Assembly (NCBI GenBank): GCA_964386535.1
Contig: CAYLRY010000011.1
Span: 2,396-66,395, forward strand
Direction of reading: 5' to 3'
DNA from: an uncultured Dehalococcoidales bacterium
GTDB taxonomy: Bacteria > Chloroflexota > Dehalococcoidia > Dehalococcoidales > UBA3254
Length of the DNA stretch: 64,000 nucleotides
The translations under genes and the position numbers were made by a program. Of this stretch, positions 29,724 through 37,367 are shown one piece after another. The stretch's first letter is position 1, and each line of letters starts with the position of its first letter. The notes beneath the pieces are model-generated. The model saw only the letters and a list, made by a program, of their open reading frames with translations, was not told the origin of the DNA and did not search any database.

Positions 29724-29969
29724 TTTAGACCTGGGGAGAGTGCAAAAAGTCATTCGGGAACGATAAACATATTTGGCCAGGAAATTCTTGAAAAGTCTCT
29801 TCTCCCGAAAGAAATGGGCAGGATTCTTAATAAAGCTCATGAATTGAGACAAAAAGGTGATTATTATACGCATGCTGAGTTTGAGATGGAAGATGTGGAA
29901 AAACCGTTTGAAGAAGCCGCATATTCCCTGGCACAAATAAGGCAGGCGGTCTCATTAATAGGCAAGTAA
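29724..29969 (+). pseudogene. N-terminally truncated HEPN-domain gene remnant
   Basis: Own translation: FRPGESAKSHSGTINIFGQEILEKSLLPKEMGRILNKAHELRQKGDYYTHAEFEMEDVEKPFEEAAYSLAQIRQAV. It matches the HEPN helix pattern (K.HsG...lF....v..g.l......l..a...R...DY). The frame opens directly after a TAA and has no start codon. Upstream fragments lie in other frames. Confidence 0.5.
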
Positions 29970-30002
29970 AGGGTAATGCATCATTTATCGTGAGGTGAAA
30001 TC

Positions 30003-30827
30003 GTGATTGAACTACCTGAAGCTGTTAATATAGCCAGACAGATTAATGAGATTATGCCTGGAAAAAAGATCCTCAGGGTGACGGCAGGGCAGACGCCGCA
30101 CAAGCTGGCCTGGTATTACGGAGACAAAGAGAGGTACCAGGAAATGCTGGCCGGGAAAAAAGTGGGAGAAGCCGCTGCTTTCGGAGGGATGGTGGAAATC
30201 AGGGTGGACGGCTGCAATATATTATTCGGAGAGGGGGTGGGAGCCAGGTTCCTCCGGAAGGGTGAAGCGCGGCCGGCCAGGCACCAGCTTCTAATCGATT
30301 TCGAAGACGGTTCAGCAGTCAGCGGGGTGATCCAGATGTACGGCGGGCTGGGGTGTTTTAAAGAGGGGGATCTGGACAATCTGTATTACAAGGCAGCCAA
30401 GGAAAACCCGTCTCCTTTGAGCGCTGAATTTGATCAGGGATATTTCGCCGGGATGATATTAAACGCAGAGGTGCAGAAACTGAGCCTGAAGGCTTTTTTA
30501 GCCACGGAGCAAAGAATCCCGGGTTTAGGCAACGGGGTTTTACAGGACATACTTTTCCAAGCCAGGATGCATCCGAAGAAGAAGGTGAGTACGCTCCAGG
30601 AGGCGGACAGGGAGGCGCTTTTTAAGTCGTTGAAGGAGACACTGGCAGACATGACGGCTAAAGGGGGGAGGGATACGGAGATGGACCTGTTCGGGAAACC
30701 GGGCGGGTATAAGACCATTTTGAGCAAGAATACTGCGAACATGCCCTGCCCGGCTTGCGGGACTTTGATAAAAAAAGAGGCGTACATGGGTGGGAGCGTG
30801 TATTTTTGTGAGAAGTGTCAGGGCTGA
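30003..30827 (+). CDS. Fpg/Nei-family DNA glycosylase-like protein (H2TH plus C-terminal zinc finger)
   Basis: GTG start after GAGGTGA. N-terminus MIELPEA, H2TH region IPGLGNGVLQDILFQARMHP, zinc finger CPACG...CEKCQ. Confidence 0.8.
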   Translation: MIELPEAVNIARQINEIMPGKKILRVTAGQTPHKLAWYYGDKERYQEMLAGKKVGEAAAFGGMVEIRVDGCNILFGEGVGARFLRKGEARPARHQLLIDFEDGSAVSGVIQMYGGLGCFKEGDLDNLYYKAAKENPSPLSAEFDQGYFAGMILNAEVQKLSLKAFLATEQRIPGLGNGVLQDILFQARMHPKKKVSTLQEADREALFKSLKETLADMTAKGGRDTEMDLFGKPGGYKTILSKNTANMPCPACGTLIKKEAYMGGSVYFCEKCQG

Positions 30828-30834
30828 TAGGCGG

Positions 30835-30869
30835 GAGCTTCGAGTTTCCAGTTTCGAGTTTCGAGAGAG
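30835..30869 (+). repeat. phased heptamer tandem array (5 units)
   Basis: GAGCTTC GAGTTTC CAGTTTC GAGTTTC GAGAGAG, beginning 8 nt after the Fpg-like stop. Confidence 0.8.
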
Positions 30870-30963
30870 GGAAAGACCGGAGTAAGGGGTGAGGAGTCTG
30901 GAGTTTACGGAGGCGGGCGGGTTGAGAAACTCGCCCCTTGGCGTTCAAGATGATCTATTACCC

Positions 30964-31063
30964 TTGATTCACCATCAAATGAAGCTAAACAAGCCTGAAT
31001 ATTTTCACCATATTGGTGTAAAAATATCGTGCCTGTTTGAGACTACTGGATAGCGGGTTTTGG
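30964..31063 (+). mobile_element. 100-bp MITE-like element, copy 1
   Basis: TTGATTCACCATCAAATGAAGC...GATAGCGGGTTTTGG, flanked by the direct repeat TTACCC (30958-63 and 31064-69). Nearly identical to copy 3. Confidence 0.7.
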
Positions 31064-31137
31064 TTACCCGGCATACAGGTGTGATTATTAATTTGTTATT
31101 TTGATAACCAGTTAGAATAAAGAGGCAGGAGGCGATA

Positions 31138-32235
31138 ATGGCAAGCCATGAAGAGGTTTACGGCAGGCTGGCGGAGATGGTTGGGGCTCCGGGTTCAAAG
31201 AGGTTTATCAAGATCCTGGAGGCAATGGTAACACCGGAAGAGGCGCAAATACTGGTAGAGATGCCCGGACCTGCTTCCTGCGAGCAACTGGCGGAAAAAT
31301 TGAAGGCGGACCCGAAAAAGCTAAAAGACAGGCTGGATGACCTGGCCAACAGAGGGCTGGTAAGCGCCGGTAAACTGGGCTATGTCACGCCCCGCAGCAT
31401 TGTAGCCTTTCATCATGGGGCCATTGGGTATATACCGGAAGAGAGGAGACCTGAGATTCACCCTTTGTGGGAGGATTTCTTTTTCAAAGAGTGGGGAGAT
31501 ATGCTGGCGCGGGGTTATATTAAGCGCTGGGAAAGCGGAGCTACGGCTACCCACAGGGTAGTACCGGCGCACAAGGCCCTTCTGGCCAGCCCGAATATCA
31601 GGCCGGAACAGGTCCTGTGGTATGAGGACATGCAGCAGATCCTGGAGAAATCGGTGAAGAGCAACCTGCTGATGTGCGGGTGCCGCGGACTGTGGAGGAA
31701 GTGCGACAAACCGGTTTTTGTGTGTTTGCACGTGCAATATCCCTGGGAACCGGTGATGCCCGGTAGACGGCTGCGGCCGGTAATGGGCAAACCTCCCAGA
31801 GATTTATCCTTCGAAGAAGCATTAGAGGCTGTTCACGACTGCGAAGAGCGCGGCCAGGTGCACCTACCGCTGAATACCTCTCAGGCTGATCTTTACTGCA
31901 ACTGCTGTGATGACTGCTGCGTGATCATTCAGCCACTTAACAAGTTCGGGAAAATCCATGAGGTGCTTTCCCCCAGCCGGTACCGGGCGGTGGTAAACCA
32001 GGACCTGTGCAATGGCTGCCAGACCTGTGTAGAGCGCTGCTATTTTGAGGCTATTGAAATGAAGAAGGTTCCCGGCTCCAGGAAGCTGAAGTCGAGCGTG
32101 ATTAACAATAATTGCATGGGATGCGGCCTGTGCGTCATTACCTGCCGGCAGAAGGCCATGACGCTGGAACTGGTGAGGCCTCCTGAGCATATACCCACAG
32201 TCACGGCGATGGAGCTTTTTATGGGGAAGAGGTGA
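31138..32235 (+). CDS. 4Fe-4S dicluster domain protein with Cys-rich middle region
   Basis: C-terminal CNGCQTCVERC and CMGCGLCVITC ferredoxin motifs. Additional CGCRGLWRKC and CNCCDDCC clusters. 365 aa. Confidence 0.7.
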   Translation: MASHEEVYGRLAEMVGAPGSKRFIKILEAMVTPEEAQILVEMPGPASCEQLAEKLKADPKKLKDRLDDLANRGLVSAGKLGYVTPRSIVAFHHGAIGYIPEERRPEIHPLWEDFFFKEWGDMLARGYIKRWESGATATHRVVPAHKALLASPNIRPEQVLWYEDMQQILEKSVKSNLLMCGCRGLWRKCDKPVFVCLHVQYPWEPVMPGRRLRPVMGKPPRDLSFEEALEAVHDCEERGQVHLPLNTSQADLYCNCCDDCCVIIQPLNKFGKIHEVLSPSRYRAVVNQDLCNGCQTCVERCYFEAIEMKKVPGSRKLKSSVINNNCMGCGLCVITCRQKAMTLELVRPPEHIPTVTAMELFMGKR

Positions 32236-32282
32236 GTTTCGAGTTTCGAGCTTCCAGTTACCAGTTTCGAGTTACGAGTTTC
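32234..32282 (+). repeat. phased heptamer tandem array (7 units)
   Basis: GAGTTTC GAGTTTC GAGCTTC CAGTTAC CAGTTTC GAGTTAC GAGTTTC. The first unit overlaps the TGA stop at 32233-35. Confidence 0.9.
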
Positions 32283-32396
32283 GGGGAGAAGGGCGGGCTG
32301 ATTTAAAACCAGCCCCTAAGGGAGGCTCTACCTGTAACGTAACCCCCCAAAAAACTGCTCTGAAAACAGCGGTGCTGCCACTTAAAGGCCTTCTCT

Positions 32397-34058
32397 TTAT
32401 TCTCCAGGAATAACAGGCAGCAGCAGGTGGGAGTCATAACGGTCGCCGGTGTGGATGATATGACGGCCTTTATTTACAGTGTCCGAATGCCAGATGGTAT
32501 GGCCGCCTTCCGGGTGAGAGTGGATATCGCTTCCCTGCACAACCAGGCGTAACCTTTCGCCTTTTTCAAAGAGGGTGCTTGAAGGCCAGATTTCTATCTC
32601 AACAGGAACGATTTCACCTTTATTAAGCTTCAATTCACGCTGGTGGCGGAGCACGGGCTGCCATGGCGTGGAGCTCTCCGTATCCAGTTCACGGTGGGAT
32701 ACTCTCAGCCAGCCCAGGGCCACGGCGCCATCATCATGATTGCCGAAATAGGGGAAGGGCACAATATAGCCGGCGCGATCGATCTTTTCAATGGCCACAA
32801 AGAGATCCAGATCATCACTGCCTTCAGTTTCAACCCAGAGCTTCAGCTTCATATAGCCGGTGATTTCAGTGGTATCGGGGAACTCATATTCAAACTGGGC
32901 ATTTTGGGTCTTATCCGCCGGGTTATCCACATCATAGTAGGTGGCAGACTCCCGGGCGAAGGGGAAACGGTCCATACGGCCGTCATCGGCATTGATGAAC
33001 AGCGGACGGTATTCGGTGCGGGCAGGCGGCCATTCATTTTCAGTACGGGTGTGGCCGACATAGTATTTTTCGCGGATTTCAAGGGTGACCCGTGGCCAGT
33101 ATTTAACCCGGTTGTCCAGGCCTTTCAGGTAATAGTTAAAAAACTGTCTTTGCTTTTCAATGCTTTCAGGGAGATAGAAATTCTGCCACTTTTTACGGCC
33201 GTGGACGATAAGGTACTTTTCTTTAGAGGAAATTTTACGGAAACCTTCAAGGGTGCCGCGGTTATGCAGTCCGTGATCGGTCCAACTGGCGACCACCAGA
33301 GCGGGGACGGTGATCCTGGAAAGATCAGCGTTTTTACTTTCCCAATAGGCATCCAGAAAGGGATGCTGACGGCGGTTTTCAAGAAGGTCTTCCACTCGAG
33401 TGGTGGAGAAGCTCCAGTTTTTCTGGAGGGTGGGATAAAAGAGGGTTTCCGGGATGCCGCCGTGGAAAGCCAGCTCGCGGTAGAAATCGCTGACGCCCTC
33501 CCAGGGGCAGATGGCGGCCAGGTGGGGTGGGTTAAGGGCGGCCACTTTCCACTGGCTCCAGGCCAGGTAGGAGACGCCCAGCATACCAACTTTACCACTG
33601 CTCCATTCGCGGGAGCTGGCCCATTCGATAAGGTCGTAGCAGTCTTCGGCTTCCTGGGGGCTCATGAAAGTGAGGTCGCCTTCTGAGTGCCAGTTGCCGC
33701 GGATATCGGCATTAATCACAATATAGCCATTACGGCACCAGTAAAGGGCATCCGGGGCTTCGAATTTGGTGTATTCGTTAAAACTTCGCTCCTCCAGCCC
33801 GCTGTTGACCATAGCGCCATTTTTGATACGTCCGTGTTTGCCGTAAGGCCCCCAGGCAAGAATGACGGGGAATTGACCGGAGGCATCAGGCCGGTAGATA
33901 TCAATATAAATTTTTTTTTGGTCACGCATGAGGACTGCGACGTCGTATTCTATTATCAAGCCCCGGTCTTTTTCGGTGCGGGGACGGAAGCCGGGATAAG
34001 CGCCGTTTTCCGGCGGGATGGGAGAGGTGAAGAGTATGTTGAAGTTATTGGCCGGCAT
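32397..34058 (-). CDS. CocE/NonD family hydrolase (S15 X-Pro dipeptidyl-peptidase fold)
   Basis: Track ORF runs to 34097. The ATG at 34058 follows AAGGAGG. Nucleophile elbow GVSYLAW. 553 aa. Confidence 0.85.
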   Translation of the reverse strand: MPANNFNILFTSPIPPENGAYPGFRPRTEKDRGLIIEYDVAVLMRDQKKIYIDIYRPDASGQFPVILAWGPYGKHGRIKNGAMVNSGLEERSFNEYTKFEAPDALYWCRNGYIVINADIRGNWHSEGDLTFMSPQEAEDCYDLIEWASSREWSSGKVGMLGVSYLAWSQWKVAALNPPHLAAICPWEGVSDFYRELAFHGGIPETLFYPTLQKNWSFSTTRVEDLLENRRQHPFLDAYWESKNADLSRITVPALVVASWTDHGLHNRGTLEGFRKISSKEKYLIVHGRKKWQNFYLPESIEKQRQFFNYYLKGLDNRVKYWPRVTLEIREKYYVGHTRTENEWPPARTEYRPLFINADDGRMDRFPFARESATYYDVDNPADKTQNAQFEYEFPDTTEITGYMKLKLWVETEGSDDLDLFVAIEKIDRAGYIVPFPYFGNHDDGAVALGWLRVSHRELDTESSTPWQPVLRHQRELKLNKGEIVPVEIEIWPSSTLFEKGERLRLVVQGSDIHSHPEGGHTIWHSDTVNKGRHIIHTGDRYDSHLLLPVIPGE

Positions 34059-34097
34059 TGTGGTAACCTCCTTTGGGGGTTTAATCTCTAAACTCAA

Positions 34098-34276
34098 TAA
34101 AAATTCCAGGAACCAAGTAACAAGGACCGGTGAAAACTCTAAATTCCAAGCTCTAAACTAAGTTTAAAACCGGGATAAACGCAACAGGAAATTCTCACGA
34201 AAATAGGAGTAATAACCAAAAACCAAAGACCAGGAACCAGGAAAAATAACAAATTACAAGATCCAAGCACCAAAAA
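34098..34276 (-). repeat. about 180 bp of period-7 low-complexity tract in the 5' region of the hydrolase gene
   Basis: Plus strand: CCAGGAA CCAAGTA ACAAGGA ... AAACTCT AAATTCC AAGCTCT AAACTAA ... AACCAAA AACCAAA GACCAGG AACCAGG AAAAATA ACAAATT ACAAGAT CCAAGCA CCAAAAA. The middle block is the reverse complement of GAGTTTN units. Confidence 0.7.
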
Positions 34277-34571
34277 AATCTCAATCCGGTGATGTCATTT
34301 TCATCTTTCGGGGCGCCGGCTGCCGTTTGACATGTTTTACAGGCATAAAAGAAATCCTTCTACGTCTCCAGCCAGAGGGAGAAGATGAAATGTGGTTTTA
34401 TTTTTATTATTAAGGTTCATGCCTGTACAGTGTTATTTGGATTGCTTCAGGCAGATAAGGCGTGCTGAACGGACCCTGTTCTAGCACCGCATGGAGCCAG
34501 ATACATACCAACTTCAGGCACCCCACGCCGTGCCGCTACATGCATACCGCAACATACACAGCGTACCGCTA

Positions 34572-36032
34572 TTAACCTTTAATGACGCCGAGGGGGCGGG
34601 CGCGGGCGACCTTGCGGGAGATGCCGGCTTTACTGGCCACATCTACTACCTCAGCCACGTCCTTATAGGCGTCCGGAGTTTCTTCGGCCAGAGCGCTCAT
34701 GCTGTCCGCCTTAACGGTGATGCCTTTCTGAGCCAGCTTATAGACCAGGTCACTGCCGCGCAGGCCTTTTTTAGCAGCGCTGCGGCTCTGGATGCGGCCA
34801 GCGCCGTGGCAGGTGGAACCGAAGGATTCCTGGAGAGCGGTCTCAGTGCCGACGGCGATGAAGGAGTAACGTCCCATATCGCCGGGGATCAAAACAGGCT
34901 GGCCGATATTGCGGTAAATAGCCGGGATATCCGGGTGCCCTTTCGGGAAAGCTCGGGTGGCGCCTTTGCGGTGCACGCAGAGCGTCTGGGACTTGCCTTC
35001 GATCATATATTTTTCAATCTTAGCGATGTTGTGGGCTACATCATAAATTTGCTCTAGTCCCAGCTCACGTGGGCTTTTACCGAGAACTTTGGTGAAAGAC
35101 TCGCGGGCCCAGTGGGTGATGCACTGCCGGTTAGTCCAGGCATAGTTGGCAGCGCAGGCCATGGCAGCCAGATAATCTTTACCTTCAGGTGAGTTTACCG
35201 GGGTGCAGGCCAACTGGCGGTCCGGCAGGCTGATGCCGTAACGCTGGACGGCGCTGCTCATGACGCGTATATAGTCATCGCAAACCTGATGGCCCAGACC
35301 GCGGGAACCGGTATGCACCAGCAGCAGAACCTGGCCTTTTTCCAGTATGCCCATGGCGAGGGCTGTTTCCGGCTCATAAATTTCATCCACCACCTGGATT
35401 TCCAGGAAATGGTTGCCTGAGCCAAGGGTGCCGAGCTGGGGCAAGCCGCGTTTCTTGGCCTTTTCGCTGACTTTATCAGGGTCGGCATTACCGAGACATC
35501 CGGTCTCTTCGGTGACGGTCAGATCGTCTGCTTCTCCGAATCCATGTGAGACGGCCCATGCAGCCCCTTTTTCCAGGACTTTGTCCAGCTCTTTTTCACT
35601 GATCCTGATTTTGCCTTCGGAACCTACACCGGAAGGGATATTGGAATAGAGGGCGGCAATCAGGTCCGGTATAAAGGGGCGAACCTCTTCCTCACTTAAA
35701 TTGGTGCGCAGAAGGCGGACGCCGCAATTGATATCGAAACCCACGCCGCCGGGTGAAACCACTCCGTCCTGGACGCGGGTGGCGGCGACCCCGCCTATGG
35801 CGAAGCCGTAACCCCAGTGGATATCAGGCATAGCCAGTGAGCGGCCTACGATGCCGGGGAGGAAGCTGACGTTGACCACCTGCTGGAAGGCCTGGTCTTC
35901 CCAGATTTTATCCAGCATTTTCTCACTGGCATAAATGAGGCCGGGGACAAGCATACCAGGCTTATAGCCGGGGCTAATTTCCCAGCGTTGATCATCTATT
36001 TTATGTACCATGTTTTTCCATGAAGGGGACAT
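34572..36032 (-). CDS. rtcB: RNA 3'-phosphate/2',3'-cyclic-phosphate ligase RtcB
   Basis: 486 aa. LAMPDIHWGYGFAIGG, GGVGFDINCGVR and GSGNHF are hallmark RtcB motifs. Confidence 0.95.
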   Translation of the reverse strand: MSPSWKNMVHKIDDQRWEISPGYKPGMLVPGLIYASEKMLDKIWEDQAFQQVVNVSFLPGIVGRSLAMPDIHWGYGFAIGGVAATRVQDGVVSPGGVGFDINCGVRLLRTNLSEEEVRPFIPDLIAALYSNIPSGVGSEGKIRISEKELDKVLEKGAAWAVSHGFGEADDLTVTEETGCLGNADPDKVSEKAKKRGLPQLGTLGSGNHFLEIQVVDEIYEPETALAMGILEKGQVLLLVHTGSRGLGHQVCDDYIRVMSSAVQRYGISLPDRQLACTPVNSPEGKDYLAAMACAANYAWTNRQCITHWARESFTKVLGKSPRELGLEQIYDVAHNIAKIEKYMIEGKSQTLCVHRKGATRAFPKGHPDIPAIYRNIGQPVLIPGDMGRYSFIAVGTETALQESFGSTCHGAGRIQSRSAAKKGLRGSDLVYKLAQKGITVKADSMSALAEETPDAYKDVAEVVDVASKAGISRKVARARPLGVIKG

Positions 36033-36053
36033 TTTACTACCGTGACCTTACTT

Positions 36054-36166
36054 TAGTTTCTAGTTACGAGTTACGAGTTACGAGTTTCCAGTTTCGAGCC
36101 TGGAGTCCACCCCCACTCTCCGTGTTAAAATAATTTCCCAGTGGCCAGTCACGAGTTCCGAGTGAA
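36054..36166 (+). repeat. phased heptamer arrays in the archease-rtcB spacer
   Basis: TAGTTTC TAGTTAC GAGTTAC GAGTTAC GAGTTTC CAGTTTC GAGCCTG GAGTCCA (36054-36109), and CAGTGGC CAGTCAC GAGTTCC GAGTGAA (36139-36166). Confidence 0.85.
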
Positions 36167-36227
36167 GGGCATGAAAAATCTTCTCCTTTTTCAAAGGGAG
36201 AGGATTATAACATCTTTCAGATATATG

Positions 36228-36641
36228 TTAAACATCCAGATAGACCTGCACACGGCAACCGTTATTTTCCTCTACTTTCAGTTGATGGTAGGTAACAGCT
36301 TTGATACCGGTTTTTATTTCGTGCCTGGCCTTATCCACCTTTTCACCATAACAGCGAGCGCGCAATCCGGTAGGAGTAATAGATATTATATCAAATTGTT
36401 TAAATAAAAGGTGCTCTACATCAAAAAGGAAAATCAACTCATTCAACCATTCTACCAAAAGGGCTTCTTTATCCGGAGCGGAGACCTCGACATCACGTCC
36501 AAGGACGGGCCGGATTGTATCCAGTCCGGCAATCAGGCTGAACATTGCCCGGGCAGAATTGGCGAATGCCTGCGAAAGGTCAGAGCCGTAAGCCCGGATG
36601 CCCGCGTCTGCGGTGTGGTCAATGATTTCAAATTCTTTTTC
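36228..36641 (-). CDS. archease
   Basis: Track ORF runs to 36689. The ATG at 36641 gives MEKEFEIIDHTADAGIRAYG, the canonical archease N-terminus. It lies immediately upstream of rtcB. Confidence 0.85.
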   Translation of the reverse strand, partial: EKEFEIIDHTADAGIRAYGSDLSQAFANSARAMFSLIAGLDTIRPVLGRDVEVSAPDKEALLVEWLNELIFLFDVEHLLFKQFDIISITPTGLRARCYGEKVDKARHEIKTGIKAVTYHQLKVEENNGCRVQVYLDV

Positions 36642-36792
36642 CATGGCGATAACGGAGTGATTATAACAATAATGCAGTAAGTAGATCAAAAATCAAATCT
36701 GGCTTGAGTGCATTAATGTCGGTAATCCATTTATTAGCAAATTATCGAAGCTAAATTCAATGGAGTCGGATGTCAATAGTGGACACCAAACC

Positions 36793-36892
36793 TTGATTCA
36801 CCATCAAATAAAGCTAAATGAGCGTGGATATTTTAACCAAATTGGTGCAGAAACCCTGTGCCTATTTGAAGCTTTTTGATGGCGGATTTTGG
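36793..36892 (+). mobile_element. 100-bp MITE-like element, copy 2, inserted in the IS3 terminal region
   Basis: It has the same 100-bp length and the same ends as copies 1 and 3 and is clearly alignable but visibly divergent. It is flanked by the 7-bp direct repeat CCAAACC (36786-92 and 36893-99). Confidence 0.7.
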
Positions 36893-36901
36893 CCAAACCT
36901 T

Positions 36902-37330
36902 TCATGCTGTCACCAGACTGGCATAGCACTTCTGAGCGTACGCTGCTGGCGACAGGTAGCCCAGCTTAGCCTGCCGCCGCTGGCGATTATAAAATATCTC
37001 AATGTATTCCGAAATCTCTTCGATAGCTTCCCGTCTAGTACGATAATGCCGGTGATTAATAAGCTCCTGCTTCAGAATTCCCCAGAAGCTCTCCATCGGT
37101 GCATTATCAAAGCAGTTGCCGCTTCCGCTCATGGACACCTCCGGTCCAAACTGCCTCAATAGACCCTGATACTCAAGGCTGCAATACTGGCTACCGCGGT
37201 CGGAGTGGTGCAGGAGGCCTTTCTCCAGTCTCTTGGTAGCTACCGCCTTCAGCATCCGGCTCAGCGCGCTGTGGGATAGTGGAGCCGCATCTGCTTCATC
37301 GCCGCGTACCGGGCAGCGACTCCCTGGCAA
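36902..37330 (-). pseudogene. IS3-family transposase OrfB remnant (C-terminal rve core only)
   Basis: HHSDRGSQYCS...GNCFDNAPMESFWGILKQE...YNRQRRQAKLGYLSP. About 110-150 aa of the N-terminal catalytic region, including the first Asp, is missing. Confidence 0.8.
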
Positions 37331-37367
37331 AGTACGCGGCTGCTTTTTTTAGGATTTCATTCTCCAT

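Noticed and set aside
29455-29936. Two minus-strand ORFs (82 and 84 aa) from the ORF track.
   Set aside because: They are AT-rich, Phe/Leu/Lys-biased frames opposite the plus-strand HEPN remnant, which explains the region better.
32643-33686. A 347-aa plus-strand ORF antisense to the CocE/NonD hydrolase gene.
   Set aside because: It is a shadow ORF. It lies fully inside a gene with clear family motifs on the other strand, its composition is Gly/Ala/Val-rich low-complexity, and it has no SD or recognisable domain.
34491-35057. A 188-aa plus-strand ORF antisense to rtcB. Similar long antisense ORFs occur at 11342-11866, 23191-23742 and 57945-58442.
   Set aside because: All are embedded in confidently identified genes (rtcB, UPF0210, nadE, carB) and are typical antisense open frames.
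30835-36166. Considered whether the heptamer arrays could be a CRISPR or other guide array.
   Set aside because: The units are 7 nt and contiguous with no spacers. No cas-like or other effector gene is nearby.
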